Positions 17,378 to 24,725 of a DNA stretch of 40,000 nt are shown here, one piece after another. Source of the DNA: Thiohalorhabdus methylotrophus (GTDB taxonomy: Bacteria; Pseudomonadota; Gammaproteobacteria; Thiohalorhabdales; Thiohalorhabdaceae); NCBI RefSeq assembly GCF_041821045.1, contig NZ_JBGUAW010000006.1:173821-213820 (forward strand), written 5' to 3'. A model generated the notes under the pieces. That model made no database searches, was not told the origin of the DNA, and saw only the letters and a program-made list of their open reading frames with translations. The translations under genes and the position numbers were made by a program. Every line of letters starts with the position of its first letter. Within the stretch, counting starts at the first letter, position 1.

Positions 17378-17392
17378 TGGCATGCTTTGTGA
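17378..17392 (+). promoter_or_regulatory. Degenerate sigma-54-like element TGGCAT-N5-GTGA upstream of fhcB
   Basis: Good -24 element (TGGCAT) but the -12 position reads GA, not GC. It sits 76 nt before the fhcB TTG, mirroring the fds promoter candidate (72 nt), and about 160 nt downstream of the dyad. Confidence 0.3.
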
Positions 17393-17467
17393 AAGGAGAC
17401 GCGGCGGTCCAGACCGGTCAGGGGTACCTCCCTTTCCAACCATTCAACATGCAGAGAATCGGCGCCT

Positions 17468-18742
17468 TTGGGTACTAACGAAGATAGCACCGTTCACCGC
17501 AATGTCCCGTGCCCTTTCTGCGGGCTCGTCTGCGATGACCTGACGGTCTCCGTGCAGGGCGAGGCCGTGGAGGTTCTGGAGCGGGGATGCGAGCGCAGCA
17601 AGGAAGGATTCCGCAAGGCCGCGGCCGCCCCCTATGAGGACGGCGAGGCCATGATCGGCGGCAAGCCGGCTTCGCTGGAGGATGCCGTCGGCGAAGCGGC
17701 CCGACTCCTGAAGCAGAGCCGATTTCCGCTGATTAGCGGCCTGGGCGCGGAAGGACAGGGAATCCGGGCCGCCATACAGCTGGCCGACCGCCTGAACGGC
17801 GCGGTCGACCATTTGCATGGCGATGCCCTGATGAATCACGTGCACACCCTGCAGGACAGCGGCTGGGTCACCACCACCCTGACGGAGCTGCGCAACCGGG
17901 CGGACTTGGTGGTTGTGCTGGGCACACCGCTTCTGGAGCACGTCCCGCGGCTGTTCGAGCGATTCATCCGCCCCGAAGAGGGCTTGTTCCCGGACCGCCT
18001 GGACCGGCGCCGGGTTGTCGCCGTGGGCGCCCCGGAAACGGCAGCCGCACCGGGCGACATCGACGAGAGCTTGGCCTGCGACCCGGCGGCCATCGGCGAC
18101 GTAGCCGAGGCGTTGCGCGCCCTGCTCAACGGCCACGACCTGCAGGCCGAGGAAGTGGCAGGGATCCGACGGGAGGCTTTGGCGCGTCTCGCGGAGGAGC
18201 TGCGCAATGCCGACTACGGGGTGGTCGCCTGGTCCGCCGATGCCATGGAGCACGCCAACAGGGACCTGACCGTGGGCTCCATCTGCGGCCTCGTCCGGGA
18301 CCTCAACGAGACCACGCGGTGCGCCGGCCTCGCGCTGGGCGGCGAGGACGGGGCGCAGACGGCTCTGCAGGCCACCACGTGGCAGACGGGCTTCCCCGTA
18401 CGGGTCCAGTTCCGCGGCGGCTATCCCCAATACGACCCCATTGGAGGCGGCACGCGGGACCTGCTGGCCAGCGGCGACCCGGATGCGCTGGTTTGGATCT
18501 CCGCCCTGAACAGCCAGGCCCACCCGCCGGCGACCGACGTGCCCACCGTGGTGCTCGGACAGAGCGGGATGAAGCCCACCGAGACGCCCGCCGTGCTCAT
18601 CCCCGTCGGCACGCCGGGAGTGGATCACGGCGGCCCCCTGTTCCGGACCGACGGAGGGGTGAGCCTGCCCTTGCGGGCCTTGCGCACCGCCCCCGTTCCC
18701 TCGGTGGGGGAAGTTCTCGCTCGTATTGAATCCCAGCTGTAG
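17468..18742 (+). CDS. fhcB: Formyltransferase/hydrolase complex subunit B (FwdB homologue)
   Basis: CPFCGLVCDDL N-terminal motif and a molybdopterin-oxidoreductase-like fold. The only in-frame start upstream of the conserved Cys motif is the TTG at 17468, and its RBS is weak. Confidence 0.8.
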   Translation: MGTNEDSTVHRNVPCPFCGLVCDDLTVSVQGEAVEVLERGCERSKEGFRKAAAAPYEDGEAMIGGKPASLEDAVGEAARLLKQSRFPLISGLGAEGQGIRAAIQLADRLNGAVDHLHGDALMNHVHTLQDSGWVTTTLTELRNRADLVVVLGTPLLEHVPRLFERFIRPEEGLFPDRLDRRRVVAVGAPETAAAPGDIDESLACDPAAIGDVAEALRALLNGHDLQAEEVAGIRREALARLAEELRNADYGVVAWSADAMEHANRDLTVGSICGLVRDLNETTRCAGLALGGEDGAQTALQATTWQTGFPVRVQFRGGYPQYDPIGGGTRDLLASGDPDALVWISALNSQAHPPATDVPTVVLGQSGMKPTETPAVLIPVGTPGVDHGGPLFRTDGGVSLPLRALRTAPVPSVGEVLARIESQL

Positions 18743-18757
18743 AGGCAAGGAATAGGA

Positions 18758-20422
18758 ATGCTGGTCAAGCTAAGCGGCGGCACGGTTTATGATCCCAAGC
18801 ACGGGATCGACGGCGAGGTCCGCGACCTCTATTTCCGCGACGGCCGCATGATTGCGCCGCCCGCCGAGTCCCCCGACCGGGAATACGATGTCCGCGGTAA
18901 GGTGGTCATGGCGGGGGGCATCGATATCCATACCCATATCGGCGGTGGCAAGGTGAACCTGAGCCGGACCCTGCTTCCGGAGGACCACCGGGACCATCCC
19001 GAGCTGAGCGAGGAGGGCCGGCGCAGCGGCAGCGGCCACGTCACGCCGAGCACCTTCCTCACCGGCTACCGCTACTCGGAGATGGGGTACACGACCTGCT
19101 TCGAGCCGGCCCTGCTGCCGTCCAACGCGCGCCACGCGCACATGGAGCTCGGCGACACCCCCATGGTGGACAAGGGCGGCTACGCCCTGCTGGGCAATGA
19201 CGACTTCCTGCTCGGCATGCTCGCCAACGGCGAGGACCAGGCGCGCATCAACGACTACGTGGCCTGGACCCTGAACGCCGCGCGCTGCGTGGCCATCAAG
19301 GTGGTGAACCCCGGCGGCATCAACGCCTTCAAGTTCAACGGCCGCAAGCTGGACGTGGACGAGCAGGGCCCCCATTACGGCGTCACGCCCCGGAATATCC
19401 TGGCCCGGCTGACCCGGGCCCTGCACGATCTGGGGGTGCCCCACCCGCTGCACGTGCATTCGAGCAATCTCGGGGTGCCGGGGAACGTGGCCTCCACGCT
19501 GGATACCATCCGCGCGGCGGAGGGCCTGCCCATCCACCTCACCCACGTCCAGTTCCACAGCTACGGGACGGAAGGGAGCCGCGGGTTCTCCTCGGCGGCG
19601 GCCGAGATCGCCGAAGCGGTCAACGACAACCCCAACGTCTCCGTGGACGTGGGGCAGATCATGTTCGGCCAGACCGTGACCGCCTCGGGCGATTTCATGC
19701 GGCAGCACGCGCAGCACAGCCACGCGCACCCCAACAAGTGGGTGGGCATGGACATCGAGTGCGATGCGGGCTGCGGCGTGGTGCCCTTCCAGTACCGCGA
19801 CGAGAACTTCGTGAACGCCCTGCAGTGGGCCATCGGACTGGAGATCTTCCTGCAGGTGGCGGATCCGTGGCGGGTCTTCCTGACCACCGACCACCCCAAC
19901 GGCGGGCCGTTCACCAGCTATCCGCACCTGATCAAGCTGCTCATGGACCGCAGCTTCCGCAACGATAACCTCGAGCAGCTGCACTCGGACGTGGCGGACC
20001 ACAGCAACCTCAAGGCCATGACGCGGGAATATTCCCTCTACGAAGTGGCCATCCTGACCCGGGCGGGTCCGGCCCAGATCCTGGGACTCTCCGACCGGGG
20101 CCACCTCGGCGAAGGCGCCGCCGCGGATATCGCGGTGTACGACCACAAGAGCGATCCCGAAGAGATGTTCGCCCGCCCCAGCCTGGTCTTCAAGGACGGC
20201 GAGCCCGTAATCGAGGACGGCCGGCTCGTGCAGGTCCGGTGGGGCGGCACCCACGCCGTGGAGCCGGAATACGACGCGGGAATCGAGAACCGGCTCTCCG
20301 ACTATTTCGAGCGTTACCACACCGTCCGCCTGGAGAACTTCAAGATCGGTGCCGATGAGCTTGCCGGCCCCCAGCGGCCGGGGATCCTTCCGGTAGCCAC
20401 GGCTCGGGGAAGGCAGGAATGA
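18758..20422 (+). CDS. fhcA: Formyltransferase/hydrolase complex subunit A (FwdA-type amidohydrolase)
   Basis: 554 aa. GGIDIHTHIGG is an amidohydrolase metal motif, and the protein is FwdA-like throughout. Confidence 0.9.
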   Translation: MLVKLSGGTVYDPKHGIDGEVRDLYFRDGRMIAPPAESPDREYDVRGKVVMAGGIDIHTHIGGGKVNLSRTLLPEDHRDHPELSEEGRRSGSGHVTPSTFLTGYRYSEMGYTTCFEPALLPSNARHAHMELGDTPMVDKGGYALLGNDDFLLGMLANGEDQARINDYVAWTLNAARCVAIKVVNPGGINAFKFNGRKLDVDEQGPHYGVTPRNILARLTRALHDLGVPHPLHVHSSNLGVPGNVASTLDTIRAAEGLPIHLTHVQFHSYGTEGSRGFSSAAAEIAEAVNDNPNVSVDVGQIMFGQTVTASGDFMRQHAQHSHAHPNKWVGMDIECDAGCGVVPFQYRDENFVNALQWAIGLEIFLQVADPWRVFLTTDHPNGGPFTSYPHLIKLLMDRSFRNDNLEQLHSDVADHSNLKAMTREYSLYEVAILTRAGPAQILGLSDRGHLGEGAAADIAVYDHKSDPEEMFARPSLVFKDGEPVIEDGRLVQVRWGGTHAVEPEYDAGIENRLSDYFERYHTVRLENFKIGADELAGPQRPGILPVATARGRQE

Positions 20423-21312
20423 ACATCAACGGCGTCACAATCGAGGACACCTTCGCCGAGGCCTTCGAGATGCGGGCCACGCGCATCGTGATCACTGCCA
20501 TGGACCGCAATTGGGTGGCCCACGCGGCGGAGACCATGACCGGTTTCGCCACTTCGGTGATCGGGTGCGGCCTCGAGGCGGGCATCGAGCAATACCTGGA
20601 GCCCGAGGAGACGCCCGACGGGCGTCCCGGCGTGGCGGTGCTGCTCTTCGCCGTTTCCGGCAAGGAGCTCACCAAGCACCTGCAGAACCGCATCGGGCAG
20701 AGCGTCCTTACCTGTCCCACCACCGCCGTCTTTTCCGGCCTGGACGGGGAAGCCACGCCCATGGGCGAAGGCGTGCGCTACTTCGGCGACGGCTACCAGA
20801 TCTCCAAGCTGTTCGGCGAGCGGCGATTCTGGCGGGTGCCCGTCATGGACGGGGAGTTCGTCTGCGAGGCCACCACGGGGCGGGTCAACGCCGTGGGCGG
20901 CGGCAACTTCCTGGTGCTGGGACGCTCCGCGGAAGAGACCTTGCGGGCCCTGGAGGCCGCCATCGAGGCCATGAGCCGCGCTCCCGGCATCATCATGCCC
21001 TTCCCCGGCGGCGTGGTGCGCTCCGGCTCCAAGGTGGGCTCCAAATACAAGGCCCTGCCGGCCTCCACCAATGACGCCTACTGCCCCACCCTGCGGGGAC
21101 TCACCGACTCCAACATCGGCCCGGAGGTGGGCGCGGTAATGGAGGTGGTTATCGACGGCCTGGACCCGGATTCCGTGTCCCGCGCCATGGCCATGGGCAT
21201 CCAGACCGTATGCGCCTTCGGTCCCGACAACGGCATCCTGGGCATCACCGCCGGCAACTTCGGCGGCGATCTGGGGCAATTCCAATTCTCCCTACACGAA
21301 GTTCTGGCATGA
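20419..21312 (+). CDS. fhcD: Formylmethanofuran:H4MPT N-formyltransferase
   Basis: 297 aa. The INGVTIEDTFAEAFEMRATRIVITA N-terminus is typical of Ftr. ATGA overlap with the fhcA stop. Confidence 0.9.
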   Translation: MNINGVTIEDTFAEAFEMRATRIVITAMDRNWVAHAAETMTGFATSVIGCGLEAGIEQYLEPEETPDGRPGVAVLLFAVSGKELTKHLQNRIGQSVLTCPTTAVFSGLDGEATPMGEGVRYFGDGYQISKLFGERRFWRVPVMDGEFVCEATTGRVNAVGGGNFLVLGRSAEETLRALEAAIEAMSRAPGIIMPFPGGVVRSGSKVGSKYKALPASTNDAYCPTLRGLTDSNIGPEVGAVMEVVIDGLDPDSVSRAMAMGIQTVCAFGPDNGILGITAGNFGGDLGQFQFSLHEVLA

Positions 21313-22127
21313 ACCCTCTTACCCTGAAGCTACGGCAACCGCTTTCGGAACCGGTGGACCTTTCGGACCTCCGGCTGCCTCCCGACGACCCGGAGCCCGC
21401 GGCCGCACTCGCCCGCGCGAGGGTCCGCGTGGGCGGCCGCCCCCTCGAGGCCGGAGAGGTTTTCGAGATACAAGGGGAAGACCCGAAGCAGGTGGAGATC
21501 TTCACCGACGGGGCGCGGATCCACGGCATCGGTACGGAAATGGCCGGCGGGACCCTGATCGTGCACGGCGACGCGGGTGACCACCTGGCCCACGGGATGC
21601 GCTCGGGCACCATCCGCGTGGAAGGCTCCTGCGGGAATTTCGCCGCCTCGGACCTGAAGGACGGGCTGCTGGACATCCAGGGCGACGCCGGTGCCTACCT
21701 GGCCGGTGCCATACCCGGGGAGATGAGCGGTGCACGGGGCGGGACGATCCTGGTGCGTGGCCGTGCCGGGGAGCGGGTCTGCGACCGCATGCGGCGCGGC
21801 CTCGTGCTGGTGGGCAACGATACCGGCGACTACCCGGCATCCCGCATGCGGGCCGGCACCCTGATCGTGCTCGGGCACGTCGGCAAGGAGCCGGGCTTCG
21901 GTATGATCCGCGGAACCCTCGTGCTCTCCGAGCGCCCGGCGTCCTTGCCCGCGGCCTTCAACCGCTCCGGCGAGCATGAGCTGCTTTTCCTGCGCCTGCT
22001 TACCCGCCATGTGGAGCAGCAGCTCGGCGCCGCCACCCCGCCCCTCATGGACCTGGGCCGGGTGGAGCGGTGGATGGGGGACCGCTCCCACGACGGCCGG
22101 GGCGAGGTGCTGGTACCGGCCCGATAG
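21309..22127 (+). CDS. fhcC: Formyltransferase/hydrolase complex subunit C (FwdC-like beta-helix)
   Basis: Repeated G-x-x-G beta-helix units (HGDAGDHLAHGMRSGTIRVEGSCGNF..., IQGDAGAYLAG...). Start trimmed from 21210 to the ATG at 21309, giving an ATGA overlap with the fhcD stop. Confidence 0.85.
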   Translation: MNPLTLKLRQPLSEPVDLSDLRLPPDDPEPAAALARARVRVGGRPLEAGEVFEIQGEDPKQVEIFTDGARIHGIGTEMAGGTLIVHGDAGDHLAHGMRSGTIRVEGSCGNFAASDLKDGLLDIQGDAGAYLAGAIPGEMSGARGGTILVRGRAGERVCDRMRRGLVLVGNDTGDYPASRMRAGTLIVLGHVGKEPGFGMIRGTLVLSERPASLPAAFNRSGEHELLFLRLLTRHVEQQLGAATPPLMDLGRVERWMGDRSHDGRGEVLVPAR

Positions 22128-22343
22128 CCCACCCTTCCGGCGGAGCGGGGTCACGCCGGAAATGGGCGGCAGTCCGAACGAGCTGGAGAGGCGCCGCCGT
22201 GCCCTGGCACTATACCTCCAGCCCCTTCGTTGCGCATGTGGCCGTGCACACCCGCGACGGCATCGGGTTCGAATACCGGTGGACGTTCCGGCCATCGGCA
22301 GCGGAACCCCGTTCTATGACCCTCCGCGCCTCAGGGAGCAGGG

Positions 22344-22368
22344 ACTATAGATGCCCTCCCGGACCCGG
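22344..22368. terminator. Palindromic hairpin just downstream of the PCD gene, between convergent fhcC and PCD
   Basis: CCCTCCCGGAC-c-c-GGTCCGGGAGGG gives a stem of about 10 bp. No U-tract on either side. Confidence 0.35.
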
Positions 22369-22386
22369 TCCGGGAGGGTGCGGGGC

Positions 22387-22761
22387 TCACTTGCCGTACT
22401 TGAGGTATTTGAACCTGGGATCGTCAGGCGGCCCGGAAAGCGGCGAGCCTTCCTCCTGCCAAGGCTGCCACTGCACCACCTCCTCCATCTTCTTCGCCAG
22501 GGCGAAATCGCTTTCCGTGATGCCGTCGGCCCGGTGGGTCCGCAGCTTCACGATCACGAAGGCGAAGGACACGGTCAGATCGGGGTGATGGAAGGCCGCC
22601 TCCGCCAGGTGCCCCACCGTATTGACCACCATCAAGGTGGACTTCCAGTTGTGGGTCTTGAATTTACGGCGAATCCAGCCATCCTCGTAATACCAGTGGG
22701 GCAGCTCCTCCTCCAGCCGTTGCCGGACCTCTTCCTCGCTGTATACGGGCTCATCGCTCAT
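22387..22761 (-). CDS. Pterin-4-alpha-carbinolamine dehydratase (PCD/DCoH, COG2154)
   Basis: EAAFHHPDLTVSFAFVIVKLRTH contains the HHP motif. ORF 22387..22956 trimmed to the ATG at 22761, which is preceded by GGGAGGA. Confidence 0.8.
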   Translation of the reverse strand: MSDEPVYSEEEVRQRLEEELPHWYYEDGWIRRKFKTHNWKSTLMVVNTVGHLAEAAFHHPDLTVSFAFVIVKLRTHRADGITESDFALAKKMEEVVQWQPWQEEGSPLSGPPDDPRFKYLKYGK

Positions 22762-22805
22762 GGGAGCATCCTCCCTGCGGTTACGCGTCCATGTGCACCC
22801 TTTCG

Positions 22806-22826
22806 TGCAATGGCCATTCCATTGCA
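22806..22826. promoter_or_regulatory. Perfect 8-N5-8 dyad TGCAATGG-ccatt-CCATTGCA upstream of fdsB (candidate activator-binding site)
   Basis: The inverted repeat was read directly from the sequence. Its centre lies about 136 nt upstream of the -24 GG at 22952. The overlapping string TGGCCATTCCATTGCA (22811-22826) also has GG-N10-GC spacing. Confidence 0.5.
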
Positions 22827-22950
22827 TTATGGAGCACGCGAGGGGAATAGCGTAAATCCAGTGTAACGCGCATGACACACTCTGACGCCGGACTGCACCA
22901 CCATACAGACAGGCCGACGGTGAACGCTTGCCTCGCAGGCCGTTGAACCC

Positions 22951-22965
22951 CGGCACGGAGTTTGC
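22951..22965 (+). promoter_or_regulatory. Candidate sigma-54 promoter CGGCACG-GAGT-TTGC for the fdsBA operon
   Basis: cCGGCACGGAGTTTGCg versus the consensus YTGGCACGrNNNTTGCW. GGCACG and TTGC are exact with correct spacing, and only the first T is replaced by C. It ends 72 nt before the TTG start at 23037. Confidence 0.55.
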
Positions 22966-23036
22966 GTCTTATCACTGGATAACTTATGCGATTCAAGGGC
23001 CCATCACGGGCTTCCTATCCCTAGCAGGGGGCGAAG

Positions 23037-24725
23037 TTGGCAAATTCCAAAACCGGTACCGACCTCAAACGGCCGCGTCCTTTCCCGAAGGGCCGCCCTA
23101 CCGAGCCACAGGCCCAGGAAGCGGTGGAAGCGCTGATCGGAGCGGACCCGCGCGAGGCTGACCGGGTACTCGAATACCTACATCGAATTCAGGACCGCTT
23201 CGGCCACGTCTCCGCCCAGCACGTGGTGGCCCTGGCGCGTGTCCTGAATCTGGCGCATACCGAAGTCTACGAAGTGGCCTCGTTCTACGACCGCTTCGAT
23301 ATCGTCAAGGAGAACGAGGAGCCTCCCCCGCCGGTGACCATCCAGGTGTGCGACTCGGTAGCCTGCGACATGGCGGGTGCCGGCCCTCTCATGGAAGCCC
23401 TCGCCAACCGCCTGGAAGGCGAGGTCCGGGTGGAGCGCGCCCCGTGCGTGGGGCTGTGCGCCGAGGCCCCCGTGGCCGTGGCCGGACGGCGGCAGATCGG
23501 GCACGCGGACACCGAAAAGGTAGTGAATGCCCTGCAGGAAGGGCAGCTTGAGCCCGAGGTACCCGACTACACCGATTACCAGGCCTATGTGGCCGACGGC
23601 GGCTACCGGATCTTCCGCGAGGTGGCGGCGGGCGAGCGCAGCTCCGACGCGGTCATCGACGAGATCGAAGCCGCCGGCCTGCGCGGCCTGGGCGGAGCGG
23701 GCTTCCCCGCCGCCATCAAATGGCGCACCGTCCGCGACCAGCCCGGCACGGCGCTGGTAGCCATCAATATCGACGAATCCGAGCCGGGAACCTTCAAGGA
23801 CCGCTACTACCTGCAGCGCGATCCGCACCGGTTCCTGGAAGGCGCGCTGATCGCCGCCCACGCGGTGGGCGCCAACGGTGTCTACCTCTATCTCCGGGAC
23901 GAGTACGACGAGGGCCACCGGATCCTCAACCAGGAGATCGCCGCCCTGCAGGCCGATCCGCCGGCCGACCTTCCGCCGATCCAGCTCCGGCGGGGTGCCG
24001 GCGCCTACATCTGCGGCGAGGAATCCGCCATGGTCGAGTCCATCGAGGGCCATCGCGGCATGCCCCGCCTGCGGCCGCCCCTGGTGGCTCAGGTGGGCCT
24101 GTTCGGTGCGCCGACCCTGGAACAGAACATGGAAACCATGCACTGGGTGCGCGACATCCTCGAGCAGGGCTCGGACTGGTACAAGGGCCACGGCCGCAAC
24201 GGGCGCAGCGGTCTGCGTACCTTCTCCGTGAGTGGCAGGGTGCAGAATCCGGGCGTCCACCAGGCCCCGGCCGGCATCACGCTCAACGAGCTCATCGAAG
24301 AGCATTGTGGCGGCATGCTCCCGGGGCATCAGCTCTACGGCTACCTGGTCGGCGGCGCCTCGGGCGGTATCCTGCCCGCCAGCCTCGCGGACGTTCCGCT
24401 GGATTTTGATACCCTGCAGGAGCATGGCTGCTTCATCGGATCGTTCGCCATCGTCGTGCTGTCCGATCATGACACCGCCCGCCATGCGGCTTTGAACGCC
24501 ATGCGGTTCTTCGCCGACGAGTCCTGCGGCAAGTGCACTCCCTGCCGGGTGGGAACCGCGAAGGCCTCCTACCTCATGGCGGAGCCGGAGTGGAACGAGG
24601 AACTCCTGAGCGAACTGGCCGACTCCATGGTGGATGCTTCCATCTGCGGCCTCGGACAGGCTGCGCCGAATCCACTGAACAGCGTGCTGAAGTACTTCCG
24701 TGAGGAGCTCGACAATGGGCGTTAA
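23037..24725 (+). CDS. fdsB: NAD-linked formate dehydrogenase diaphorase subunit, fused NuoE-like (2Fe-2S) and NuoF-like (FMN/NAD/4Fe-4S) domains
   Basis: N-terminal PKGRPTEPQAQEAVEALIG...LEYLHRIQD and the Cys cluster VCDSVAC...CVGLC. NuoF motifs GLRGLGGAGFPAAIKW and ESCGKCTPCR. The TTG at 23037 is the only start upstream of the conserved N-terminus. Confidence 0.85.
   Translation: MANSKTGTDLKRPRPFPKGRPTEPQAQEAVEALIGADPREADRVLEYLHRIQDRFGHVSAQHVVALARVLNLAHTEVYEVASFYDRFDIVKENEEPPPPVTIQVCDSVACDMAGAGPLMEALANRLEGEVRVERAPCVGLCAEAPVAVAGRRQIGHADTEKVVNALQEGQLEPEVPDYTDYQAYVADGGYRIFREVAAGERSSDAVIDEIEAAGLRGLGGAGFPAAIKWRTVRDQPGTALVAINIDESEPGTFKDRYYLQRDPHRFLEGALIAAHAVGANGVYLYLRDEYDEGHRILNQEIAALQADPPADLPPIQLRRGAGAYICGEESAMVESIEGHRGMPRLRPPLVAQVGLFGAPTLEQNMETMHWVRDILEQGSDWYKGHGRNGRSGLRTFSVSGRVQNPGVHQAPAGITLNELIEEHCGGMLPGHQLYGYLVGGASGGILPASLADVPLDFDTLQEHGCFIGSFAIVVLSDHDTARHAALNAMRFFADESCGKCTPCRVGTAKASYLMAEPEWNEELLSELADSMVDASICGLGQAAPNPLNSVLKYFREELDNGR

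Noticed and set aside
18770-20320. 516-aa minus-strand ORF opposite fhcA. Similar shadows lie at 17444..18748, 20314..21285, 23178..24485 and 28982..30775.
   Set aside because: All are shadows of strongly supported genes on the other strand, with Arg/Gly/Ala/Pro/His-rich translations and no motifs.
22837-23036. Moco riboswitch in the fds or fhc leaders
   Set aside because: I could not identify the conserved Moco-motif sequence blocks by eye. This would need an Infernal scan before it could be claimed.
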